Origin: Gammaproteobacteria bacterium
Lineage (GTDB): Bacteria; Pseudomonadota; Gammaproteobacteria; Natronospirales; REEB76
DNA length: 64,000 bases
Reading direction: 5' to 3'
NCBI GenBank assembly: GCA_049591455.1
Contig: JBAWFA010000012.1
Location: forward strand, 71,824 to 135,823
The position numbers were made by a program, and so were the translations under genes. Shown here one piece after another: positions 50,026 through 60,305 of this stretch. The notes below the pieces were generated by a model. That model saw only the letters and a list, made by a program, of their open reading frames with translations, was not told the DNA's origin and searched no databases. Position 1 is the stretch's first letter; each line of letters begins with the position of its first letter.

Positions 50026-51162
50026 ATGGTGTGGAAAGAGCCGGGGAAAGACAAGGATCCCTGGAACAGCGCGGAGCGTCCGCCGGATCTGGAGCGGATG
50101 GTGAAGAGCCTGCAAAAGCGGCTGGGCTGGCTGTTCGGCAGCAAGCGCGGTGGCCAGCAGCATTTCCACGCAGTCACCTTCTGGTGGCTGGTACCCCTCA
50201 TCATCATTGCCTGGCTGCTATCGGGTTTTTACAAAGTCGCGCCCGGTGATCGCGGCGTAAATTTCGTGTTCGGCCGCTATCTGAACGTCACACAACCCGG
50301 ATTGCACTGGCATACGCCCTGGCCCGTGGGTCATGCGGACATTATCAGCGGCGTGGAAGGCCGTGACTATGCGTATACCTACAATCGGTTGCTTACCCTA
50401 GACGGCAATATCGTTGTGGTGGATGCGGTGGTGCATTATCACGTGGTGAATTTGCACGATTACCTGTTCAATGCTGCCAGCATAGCGCCATTACCTGAAA
50501 GTGCTGATGCGGGCACCAAGGTATTGCTGGGCGCATTCGCAAATGCGGCTGTACGTGCTGCTGTGGCCAAAAGCACGCTGTCAAACATTCTGGGCACTGG
50601 CCAGGACGCAGTGGAAGTGGATGCGCGCCAGCGCTTAAGTGCCGCACTTATTCCCTATGACGCTGGCATCACCGTGACGGGTTTGACGTTCCAGCATGTG
50701 AGTGTGCCGGAAGCCGTGGGCAGCGCCGATGCCGACGTGCAGGGCGCGCAACAGGCCGCCGACCAAGCGCAAGATGCCGCGCGTGCCTACGCCGATAATT
50801 TATTGCCCGAGGCCCAGGGTGAGGCGGATGCCAAAATTACACAGGCGCAAGCCTACCGCACTACGCTGGTGAGCCAGGCTCAAGCAGATACTGCGGATTT
50901 CGACGCAGTGCTGGGCGCCTATCGCAAGGCGCCGGCCCTCACTCGCGAGGAACTGTATGTGCGAACCATGGAAGATATTCTCGGTAGCGCTAATAAGGTC
51001 GTGGTGGATACCCGCAACGGCGGCGTGACGGTGCAACTGGGTCAGCCATTCCAGGCGCCGATGAAAAACCCGCCTGCGGCGCCCGCGCCGGAGAAAACTC
51101 CGGTCACCGGCGAACATCCCGCCAGCACCGCTCCTGCTGCCGGCACCAGGGGAGGCGTGTAA
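50026..51162 (+). CDS. hflK: FtsH modulator HflK (SPFH/band 7)
   Basis: MVWKEPGKDKDPWN N-terminus, a TM helix and an SPFH domain, located downstream of hflX. Confidence 0.85.
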   Translation: MVWKEPGKDKDPWNSAERPPDLERMVKSLQKRLGWLFGSKRGGQQHFHAVTFWWLVPLIIIAWLLSGFYKVAPGDRGVNFVFGRYLNVTQPGLHWHTPWPVGHADIISGVEGRDYAYTYNRLLTLDGNIVVVDAVVHYHVVNLHDYLFNAASIAPLPESADAGTKVLLGAFANAAVRAAVAKSTLSNILGTGQDAVEVDARQRLSAALIPYDAGITVTGLTFQHVSVPEAVGSADADVQGAQQAADQAQDAARAYADNLLPEAQGEADAKITQAQAYRTTLVSQAQADTADFDAVLGAYRKAPALTREELYVRTMEDILGSANKVVVDTRNGGVTVQLGQPFQAPMKNPPAAPAPEKTPVTGEHPASTAPAAGTRGGV

Positions 51163-52067
51163 TGCAATTACACCGCTCTCTCATCAGCCTCGTCATCGCT
51201 ATCATCGTGCTGATTCTCATCAGTCAGAGTGTCAGCGTGGTACACCAGGGCCAGATGGGCGTACGTATGCGCGGTGGCAACGTTACGGCAACCGGTCTCA
51301 AGCCCGGTTTGCATTTCAGAGTGCCGTTCATCGGTCATGTCGCCGGGCTTGATGCTCACTGGATCACGCTTGACAGTGACCGCCAGAACGGTGGCCGTCT
51401 TAAATTGACGAGCAGTGACGGCAAACCCCTGGAAGCGGGTTATGCCGCCGTGTGGCACATCAGCGATGCGGCCGCTTTCTGCCAAGCCACCGGTTGCGAT
51501 GAGAGTACAGGTGCGCGGCGCATTAACGATACCCTTGCACCCATACTCCAGCAGTTGTTCGCTGCCCATCCCGCCACCGACCTGTTGGCCGGCCAGGACA
51601 GCGTGCTTCTGAGAGACGTGCCTGCGAAACTCAATTCGCAGCTGCACGATTTGGGTGTGGAAGTCCAGGCGGTGCATCTCACGGAACTCACCCTGCCGCA
51701 GGATCAACTGGACGGGGTGTACCAACGCATGCGCGCCGCGCAGTCGGATCAGGCCATGCAAATCCGTGCCCAGGGCGTTGCCAGCGCCGATGAAATCCGC
51801 GCCAAGGCGGATCAGCAGAAGGCTGCCATTCTCGCCCGGGCCGAAATCCAGGCGCAGACAGTCCGCGGCCAGGCCGAAGCCGAAGCCACGACCATCTACG
51901 CGCGTGCCTATAACGAGGATCCGGAATTTTTCCGCTTCTACAGAAGTCTGGAGGCTTACAAGCGGACTATCAAGAGCAGTAACAGTGTCATCGTGCTGGG
52001 TCCGGACAGCGGATTCCTGAAATACTTCGACGGGCTCGGAGCGCCACCGGCGGAAAAGCGCCATTGA
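51162..52067 (+). CDS. hflC: FtsH modulator HflC (SPFH/band 7)
   Basis: N-terminal TM helix and SPFH domain. The start overlaps the hflK stop. Confidence 0.85.
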   Translation: MQLHRSLISLVIAIIVLILISQSVSVVHQGQMGVRMRGGNVTATGLKPGLHFRVPFIGHVAGLDAHWITLDSDRQNGGRLKLTSSDGKPLEAGYAAVWHISDAAAFCQATGCDESTGARRINDTLAPILQQLFAAHPATDLLAGQDSVLLRDVPAKLNSQLHDLGVEVQAVHLTELTLPQDQLDGVYQRMRAAQSDQAMQIRAQGVASADEIRAKADQQKAAILARAEIQAQTVRGQAEAEATTIYARAYNEDPEFFRFYRSLEAYKRTIKSSNSVIVLGPDSGFLKYFDGLGAPPAEKRH

Positions 52068-52134
52068 GTGCCGTGGCGGAATTTGTGAATTGTGGGAATG
52101 GCCCTGACGCGATCCAAACAGAGGGTGATCGAAT

Positions 52135-53651
<1,517 letters not shown>

Positions 53652-53697
53652 ATTCGCTGTGACCTAATATTCCACATTTAGGTAAATATGGAGCAAT

Positions 53698-54486
53698 ATG
53701 GTGAATATAAAAATATTAGTTCCAACTATATTAACGGCATTGCTTTGTGCATGTGCTAATCCCTTTGTTCAGTATTATCATCCGAATAATTTTTATGACC
53801 CTTCACGACGTGTTGGCCCACCCTCAGCCTCTCCACAAATCTATGCAGGAAGCGATTTCAAACAGGATACAAAATACTATCTTGAAGAAGGATACGCTGT
53901 TATAGGTACGAGCAGTTTTAACGGACCTAGTGGCCAATACAGTAAAGCCGTAGACGAGGGGGAAAAAGTCGGTGCAGATATAGTCATTCTCTATTCACGT
54001 TATACAAATACAGTCAGTGGCGTAATGCCATTAACAACTCCGCACACAGAAACTTCAACGACAAATATGAATGGCTCCGTATATGGCACGGGAGGTATGG
54101 TAACCATAAATGGTACGGCCACAACGGATACCTATGGCTCACAAACTACTTATATTCCGTATTCTGTTAATCGTTCAGATTATATGGCAGTTTATCTGGC
54201 AAAGAGTAAACCGCGATTCGGCGCATACTATATTAATTTGAGCGACAATGAGCGTCAAACAATCGGATCAAATAGCGGAGTTAAAATTACATTGATTGTA
54301 AATGAATCACCAGCATTTTATGCTGACATACTGCCAGGCGACATTATCTTAAAGATCAACGGCCTTGCTGCTTCTGACGTACAAACCTTTATATCTGAAT
54401 CACAACAATTTGGCGGGCAACAAGTTAAATTGACAATTTTGCGTAACGGTAAGACGATTCAGAAAAGTGTAAAGCTTAATGAGTAA
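53698..54486 (+). CDS. Lipoprotein with C-terminal PDZ domain (AT-rich gene)
   Basis: Signal plus Cys (ILTALLCAC). C-terminal PDZ pattern GVKITLIVNESPAFYADILPGDIILKINGLAASDV...KLTILRNGK. GC content is much lower than in the flanking genes. Confidence 0.65.
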   Translation: MVNIKILVPTILTALLCACANPFVQYYHPNNFYDPSRRVGPPSASPQIYAGSDFKQDTKYYLEEGYAVIGTSSFNGPSGQYSKAVDEGEKVGADIVILYSRYTNTVSGVMPLTTPHTETSTTNMNGSVYGTGGMVTINGTATTDTYGSQTTYIPYSVNRSDYMAVYLAKSKPRFGAYYINLSDNERQTIGSNSGVKITLIVNESPAFYADILPGDIILKINGLAASDVQTFISESQQFGGQQVKLTILRNGKTIQKSVKLNE

Positions 54487-54587
54487 TATACAAATCCATA
54501 TGGGAGTAATATGGGTTAGAGCGAATAATTAGAAAAGTATTAGACACCGATTACGCCCCCTCCATATATTTGGGGTCAGAGTAAAAA

Positions 54588-55493
54588 CTAGAGGTTTGTA
54601 CGCCTGATCCAATCCCAATCCAGTCTGTATGCAGGCTCTGCCTTTTGTGCAGATGGCGGGAACCATGCATCCCATGCTTCCTTGATACGCGCTTCGCCCC
54701 TGTCGTGCAAAAAGTCTGGTAGCTCTTGTTCGGCACCCTCGCGGACCGGAAATCCGGCTTCTTGCACTTTCCGCAGAATTTCATTGGCGCGTTCCGTTCG
54801 CTGCTCGGGTGTCCGGACTTCGTCATAAACGCCACGGAGTATCCTAAGCGCCAGGATAGGTGCACTCGTGCCCCTTAGCTTCTCTGTCGGACTGCGCAGT
54901 TCCCGCTCGGCGGCTTGCATAGCGTCCCGCAATCCTTCGCCACGCACCATTACGCGGTAAAGCTCCTTCATGGCGTCATGAAGCGACCCTTCATCCACGC
55001 CCGTCGAGAGCCCTACCGCGGACGCAAAGGGGGCCACGTGCTCGTGGACTTTCATTGCTGCAATTGCGGCGAATCCCCAGCAAGTCGCACCTATGACCAG
55101 GAGCCGGAATCCACTTGCTTCATTGAGCGGAGCTAGCCAGTCGCCGAGTTCAATCCAGGGCAATCCAGGAGCGGCATCCAACCCGAACTCCGCCTCTCGA
55201 ACGTCGCGTCCTTGAAACGGATTTGAACCATGTGATTCGATATGAATCACTGGAATTCCACGCGTCCCGACGTTGGCCACTGCGCGCTTGAGTGCGGCAC
55301 GAATATCGTCGACCTTGTCACATCGGACAAGACACGTGGAGATGGGCAGGCCTTGAAGAAATTGATGCAGCTCCTCACCAGTCCGCCGATCCTGTGTAGA
55401 CAACCATTCGAGGATCAGGACGTAATTGAACGTTAGAGTCAACTTTGGTAGAAGCACAGGATGTCCTTCAATCACGCGATTCGCGAGAGGCAA
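54588..55493 (-). CDS. Minimal CHAT/caspase-like protein (His-Cys dyad), start codon uncertain
   Basis: IPVIHIESHG (His) is followed about 50 aa later by RLLVIGATCWG (Cys), with the spacing and hydrophobic context of caspase-fold/CHAT proteases. There is no in-frame ATG near the 5' end (TTG at 55493; GTG candidates lie downstream). Confidence 0.55.
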   Translation of the reverse strand: MPLANRVIEGHPVLLPKLTLTFNYVLILEWLSTQDRRTGEELHQFLQGLPISTCLVRCDKVDDIRAALKRAVANVGTRGIPVIHIESHGSNPFQGRDVREAEFGLDAAPGLPWIELGDWLAPLNEASGFRLLVIGATCWGFAAIAAMKVHEHVAPFASAVGLSTGVDEGSLHDAMKELYRVMVRGEGLRDAMQAAERELRSPTEKLRGTSAPILALRILRGVYDEVRTPEQRTERANEILRKVQEAGFPVREGAEQELPDFLHDRGEARIKEAWDAWFPPSAQKAEPAYRLDWDWIRRTNL

Positions 55494-55561
55494 ATAGGAT
55501 CAGAGCGAGTATAAGGAAACACCCATTTAATTTGTGATGCTGACGGTGCATTTAGAGGCCT

Positions 55562-56689
55562 TCACCATCCTCTCACATGCGTATCATTGCCGAGTTCCAT
55601 ATATGCTTGTTTTTCCTGACCGTTATACGTAATCAATCCCAGAATACCCAGGTAATCTGCAAAACAGGGTGTGGAGTTGCCGTAATAGGTCAGGAGTTGA
55701 CTCACGGCTTGCGGCGACAGGTCCGTGAGACTAAAGAATGAAATCAATTTGATCTGATCCGCGTGGGCGTCCCAGGCGCTGAATATCTGATCTATGAATT
55801 GAGACTGCAGGGCTTCGGAGCTGGCGCAACCGGTGCTTGATGGATAACCTGCTTCCAACAAGTAGATGATGCGTCCCGGGTAGAGGTCGGTGAGGGTGTT
55901 GAAATCGGTGCTCACCACCGTGGGGGATTCAGGGCTGAAGTTGAGGTTCAACGGATAATAGGTGACTTGCACAGCATCGCTGTATTGATTCAGTGCCTGC
56001 ATGTTGGCCTGCGCCGGGCCGCTCATGCCGGCAAATGTTCCTTTCACGCCCACCTTGAGGCCGGGCCGCAATGTGCGTGCATAGGCTGAGACCTGCTGAA
56101 AGAATGTGATGTACTGGGGCCACTCGCTGGGGTTATTGTCCAGGTACACATCCACTTCGTTGCCGATGGTCAAGGAAGTGAGCTGCAGGTCGGGTATCTG
56201 AGAAAACGCCCATTGCAGCAAACTTTCATACCGGCTGATAACTAAGGGATTATCAAACGGGAGCGACATCAGGTCGCTGGGCATTCGCCGTTTGACTGTA
56301 TCAATGGGGTTTATTTCTAGTGAAATTTGCGTGTTGACGCCGGGATAGAATGATTCAGCGATGGCAAGATTGTTGGGATTAGGGTTATAGGTATTGGGAG
56401 AGGTTTCCAGATCATCCCAGTCGAGTGCCAAGCTTGTAGCCTGCATGCCGAGCGCCTGACCTTGAGCAAAGGCGTTGTTGAAATTATTATCGGCGCCCGG
56501 ATTGATGGCCACCGACAGGATGCGGTCACCTTTCATCACCACTGTCGAAGGCGGTGGCGGTGGATTGGAGGTGTTCGCCGAATTATCGGACGAAGAACCT
56601 TGGCAGGCGGATAGCACGAACAACGGAAGGAGTAGCCACAGCAGAAGCAGTGGGTATTGATTTGTGTTGTGTGATCTCTCCAGTTCCAT
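55562..56689 (-). CDS. Lipoprotein, TIM-barrel glycoside hydrolase-like (clan GH-A pattern)
   Basis: Lipobox FVLSAC, a Ser/Pro-rich linker, TIGNEVDVY (acid/base NE motif) and IIYLLEAGYPSS (nucleophile-Glu-like). Confidence 0.6.
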   Translation of the reverse strand: MELERSHNTNQYPLLLLWLLLPLFVLSACQGSSSDNSANTSNPPPPPSTVVMKGDRILSVAINPGADNNFNNAFAQGQALGMQATSLALDWDDLETSPNTYNPNPNNLAIAESFYPGVNTQISLEINPIDTVKRRMPSDLMSLPFDNPLVISRYESLLQWAFSQIPDLQLTSLTIGNEVDVYLDNNPSEWPQYITFFQQVSAYARTLRPGLKVGVKGTFAGMSGPAQANMQALNQYSDAVQVTYYPLNLNFSPESPTVVSTDFNTLTDLYPGRIIYLLEAGYPSSTGCASSEALQSQFIDQIFSAWDAHADQIKLISFFSLTDLSPQAVSQLLTYYGNSTPCFADYLGILGLITYNGQEKQAYMELGNDTHVRGW

Positions 56690-56956
56690 GACCGCACTTA
56701 TGCTCCAATTTAAAAAGAGCGTAGCACAAAGAAACTTGGGATTCGAACGATTGATTTTGACCAGTGAGAGAGATCCATAGGGTCAGACTCGACTGATTAT
56801 CGAGACCATGCGGCCAAACCGCGGAAACCTAAGTCTTGGTAGTAAAATTGACCTATTTTGCCAAAGGCAGAGGACGACCCCTTCCGATCATTCACGACCG
56901 CCCGTTTTCCGGAGTCATTTGACTGCCGTGAAATAGCCGATTTATGCTTCTATCAC

Positions 56957-58021
56957 ATGACTCCTTTCACCCTTGCCCAGGTGCCCGAACGCATCGTAGG
57001 CCCCGCCGCGTGGTACGGCCCGGCGCTGGCCCGGCGGCGCGATTGGATTGAGACTCTCTCGTCTGCGGAGATCGAAGAAATAGACCGCGCGACCCAGCGC
57101 CTTGCCGACCGCGATACCGACCTCGCGACGATCCAGGCAGCGGATTTTCCCCTGCCTACACTCGCGCTGCGCCTGCAGCACATCGTCGGTGAGCTGCTCG
57201 ATGGTCGAGGTTTCGCGCTTATCCGCGGACTCGATATCGGCCGCTATGACCGGCGCATGGCGGCTATCGCCTTCCTCGGTCTGGGCAGCCACTTCGGCAG
57301 CGCGCGCCCCCAGAACGCCAAGGGGCATATCCTGGGCCACGTAAAGGATCTCGGATTGTCGAGCGCTGACCCGAACGTTCGCATCTACCAGACCCACGAG
57401 CGCCAAACCTACCATACGGACTCCTGCGATGTCGTTGCACTGCTGTGCCTTAGGACTGCGAAGGCCGGCGGACTCTCGACACTTGTGAGTGCCATCACGA
57501 TCTACAACGAGATGCGTGCACGGCAGCCGGATCTCGCCGCGGTACTGTTCGAGCCTATCGAGACCGACCGCCGCGGCGAGATCCCAGCAGGAAAGTTGCC
57601 TTATTTCTGTATTCCTGTGTTCACCTGGCATGACGGCCTACTCTCGGTGATGTACCAACGCCAGTACATCGAGTCTGCGCGCCGCTTCGCTGAATTGCCG
57701 CCTCTGACGCCGCGCCAGATTGCGGCCCTCGATCTGTTTGACTCGCTGGCGAACGACCCTGCGCTCAACCTGCACATGGCTTTCCAACCCGGCGATATCC
57801 AACTCGTGCACAACCACACACTACTGCACGATCGCACGGCCTTTGAGGACTGGCCCGAACCGGAACGTCGGCGGCATCTCCTGCGCTTGTGGCTCGCTCC
57901 TGCCAACGCGCGTCCCCTGCCTGCCGTGTTCGCGGAGCGCTACGGCACAGTGAAGCCCGGAACGCGCGGGGGAGTCCTGGTGGCGGGCGTACGTCCCTCC
58001 GCTCCGCTTGAGGCTGTCTAG
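56957..58021 (+). CDS. TauD/TfdA-family Fe(II)/2OG dioxygenase
   Basis: HTDSCD (HxD) and a distal LLHDRTAF His, with TauD-like length. The start is set at ATG 56957. Confidence 0.75.
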   Translation: MTPFTLAQVPERIVGPAAWYGPALARRRDWIETLSSAEIEEIDRATQRLADRDTDLATIQAADFPLPTLALRLQHIVGELLDGRGFALIRGLDIGRYDRRMAAIAFLGLGSHFGSARPQNAKGHILGHVKDLGLSSADPNVRIYQTHERQTYHTDSCDVVALLCLRTAKAGGLSTLVSAITIYNEMRARQPDLAAVLFEPIETDRRGEIPAGKLPYFCIPVFTWHDGLLSVMYQRQYIESARRFAELPPLTPRQIAALDLFDSLANDPALNLHMAFQPGDIQLVHNHTLLHDRTAFEDWPEPERRRHLLRLWLAPANARPLPAVFAERYGTVKPGTRGGVLVAGVRPSAPLEAV

Positions 58022-58237
58022 AATAATGGCGGCGGTATTACCAGCAAGTGCACGTGATGGGTCACAAGCACATAGCTTGTGAACCACGGATCCACGTTGC
58101 TGGCTCCTTCCCTCAACCAAACACAGCACTGGAGTGATCCCACTCAGCAGCTTAGGCTTCCGCCAGAAATACATGTTTCCGATGTTCGGAATTAGCCGGC
58201 TTTTTGGCAATTTTGAAGTACAAAAGGAATTTAGCGC

Positions 58238-59749
58238 ATGACTGAAACGAATTCTGGGATAAAGTTTCCGGCTGTTGTAGCGGGAAGGAAGGGGTTGGCG
58301 CGGGTAACTGGGAGCGTCGTTATCGCATTATCCGCCCTGTCACAGGAATACGGCAGCGGTATCAATTTTGTCGTCCCTCAAGGGTTGGGAAAATACCCCG
58401 GGACGGAGAATCTTGTTCCGCTGGCCATATTTATAGCGGGTTTAGTATTGATTCCGGGCGTTGTGCTTTTTGCCCGCTACGCCAGAGTCATGCCGACTGC
58501 GGGTGCCAGTTATGTTTGGCTGACGCGAGCGTTGGGGCCAGTGACAGGTTTCGCCACAGCTTTTATGTGGCTTATTGGTCTTTGTGGTTCGATAGGTTTT
58601 GTGGCCTATGTGTCCGCCACCTTTGTTGGAGACACGTTGCAAACTATGGGTCTGCCCGCGACGTGGGCAGTCAGTGCGGCCGGACATTTGACCATTGGTC
58701 TGGTGGCAATCTGGTCGTTGACTGCCCTGCACTGCTCAGGTGTAAAACGTTATGGCCGCTTTATTTATGTGGTTGGTGCGATTGTATTCATTGTCGCCGC
58801 GATAACAATATATGTCTGCTTTTCCACATCGCCGGCTGTAACGGCTGCTAAGCTTACTGACTTGACGAATGTCAAGGCCACGTCACTGGTTGCCAAACCC
58901 TCTGGTGTCGCATTTTTTTCCGCCACGGCACTTTTTATATTTTCCTATGGAGGGCTGGATGGCGGGGCGTCGCTGGGCGGGGAAGCGGCCAACCCCGCGC
59001 GTTCAATGCCCCGGGGTATTGTATTTGGCTGGGCCTTGGCGCTGGTGCTCTATACTGCGGTCACGTTTGCACTGTTTCACGCTGTACCCTGGGGGCTCGC
59101 GGTTTCGATCCTGAAGAGCGGTCAAGGTCATGTGCTCACCGTCCCGTTCATAACTGGAATTCTGGTATCAAAACCGATTGCAGTCTTTATTAACATACTG
59201 GTCACGGTGGTGGTCATAAAGACGCTCGCCCCACAGCTTCTCAGCGCCAGTCGTTATCTATATGGGTGGGCGGAAGATGGATTTATCCCTTCTGCCGTGC
59301 AATCAACAAATCGTTTTCATGTGCCAGCGCTTGCAGTGATGATATCGGCGGTGCTAGGCAGTTTGTTCTTGATCAATGAGGTCTTCTCTGGTTGGGAAAT
59401 CGGTGTCGCCGTTCGATCTTTCAGTCTTATCCTTGCATTCACCATGCTTGGTGTGGGTATCTTGGTGCTTGCCATTTCATCAAGATGGAGCACAGTCCGG
59501 AGCTTTTCGAATGAACTCACATCCGGCGCTGCGATTAAAGCTATGGCCGTCGCCGCCGTGGTAATTGGGTTACCGTTGATGATTATTGTTGCTTATGAGC
59601 CTGGTACGACGTGGTATTTACAGCCGTGGTTCCAGGTGCTTGTAACGAGCATAGCATCCATAGGTATTAGCCTATTGGCGCGTGCTCGGTACGAGAACAA
59701 ATATCACGTGGCCTTTGAACAGAATTTCTTAAGCGTGCCTGAGCAGTAA
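58238..59749 (+). CDS. APC-family amino acid/polyamine permease
   Basis: About 12 TM helices, with an APC-like N-terminal region (ALSQEYGSGINFV, PTAGASYVWL). Confidence 0.8.
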   Translation: MTETNSGIKFPAVVAGRKGLARVTGSVVIALSALSQEYGSGINFVVPQGLGKYPGTENLVPLAIFIAGLVLIPGVVLFARYARVMPTAGASYVWLTRALGPVTGFATAFMWLIGLCGSIGFVAYVSATFVGDTLQTMGLPATWAVSAAGHLTIGLVAIWSLTALHCSGVKRYGRFIYVVGAIVFIVAAITIYVCFSTSPAVTAAKLTDLTNVKATSLVAKPSGVAFFSATALFIFSYGGLDGGASLGGEAANPARSMPRGIVFGWALALVLYTAVTFALFHAVPWGLAVSILKSGQGHVLTVPFITGILVSKPIAVFINILVTVVVIKTLAPQLLSASRYLYGWAEDGFIPSAVQSTNRFHVPALAVMISAVLGSLFLINEVFSGWEIGVAVRSFSLILAFTMLGVGILVLAISSRWSTVRSFSNELTSGAAIKAMAVAAVVIGLPLMIIVAYEPGTTWYLQPWFQVLVTSIASIGISLLARARYENKYHVAFEQNFLSVPEQ

Positions 59750-59914
59750 TGAATTGTGGCGAGTTATGACTGAGTCTAAATGAAAGTCCTGGGTCAAAAG
59801 ACGGTGTAATTGAACGGCGCACTCAAGTTCGGGCCCCACTTTTTGCACAAGATTCGGCAAAATCGTCTACCCCCATGCAGCATGCGCTTCAATGGGAGGG
59901 CGTGAGACTCCGAG

Positions 59915-59943
59915 AAACAAAAAACCCGCTTTCTCTGCGGGTT
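59915..59943 (-). terminator. Rho-independent terminator (minus strand), probably the original tRNA-Leu terminator
   Basis: The minus strand reads AACCCGC-AGAGAAA-GCGGGTT followed by TTTTTTGTTT. Confidence 0.6.
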
Positions 59944-59998
59944 TGTGCGGTAACATGAGACTGATTGAGATTGGATGAGATTGTATTAAACAGTCATG

Positions 59999-60127
59999 TG
60001 GTGCCCAGGAGAGGGTGAGGTTGGTGCATTTAGCGCGAGCATTGCTCGCGCCCGGCCGAACGCCCGTCATGGATGACGGGCCGGACCGCATACCAGGGAT
60101 GGTTCAATGAGTGTGAAGTATTCGAGG
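59999..60127 (-). mobile_element. 16-nt duplicate of the tRNA-Leu 3' end (59999-60014) plus a 113-bp structured insert (60015-60127)
   Basis: TGGTGCCCAGGAGAGG occurs at 59999-60014 and again as the tRNA 3' end at 60128-60143. The insert carries the hairpins GCGCGAGCA-T-TGCTCGCGC (60033-60051) and GCCCGTCAT-GG-ATGACGGGC (60062-60081). Confidence 0.55.
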
Positions 60128-60212
60128 TGGTGCCCAGGAGAGGACTCGAACCTCCACGGTGTTACCCACTGGTACCTGAAACCAGCGCGTCTACCAATTC
60201 CGCCACCTGGGC
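60128..60212 (-). tRNA. tRNA-Leu (anticodon CAG)
   Basis: The reverse complement is GCCCAGGTGGCGGAATTGGTAGACGCGCTGGTTTCAGGTACCAGTGGGTAACACCGTGGAGGTTCGAGTCCTCTCCTGGGCACCA. It has acceptor GCCCAGG/CCTGGGC, anticodon arm CTGGT-TTCAGGT-ACCAG, a long variable arm and an encoded CCA. Confidence 0.92.
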
Positions 60213-60249
60213 ATGGGCAGGTTCAATCAGCCTGCCGCGAGAGGGCGGC

Positions 60250-60278
60250 ACTTTACCCACCCCCATAATCCATGTCAA
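60250..60278 (-). promoter_or_regulatory. Putative sigma70 promoter for tRNA-Leu (TTGACA-17 nt-TAAAGT, GC-rich discriminator)
   Basis: Hexamers and spacing were read on the minus strand. The -10 lies about 37 nt upstream of the tRNA 5' end. Confidence 0.45.
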
Positions 60279-60305
60279 TGTTCGTATCCAGGATGAGCAC
60301 CCATA

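Noticed and set aside
56725-56790. GGGATTCGAAC string suggesting a tRNA T-arm fragment or att site upstream of the TauD-like gene
   Set aside because: The flanking bases do not form a T stem, there is no acceptor-like continuation, and no second copy occurs in the window. It is probably a chance match.
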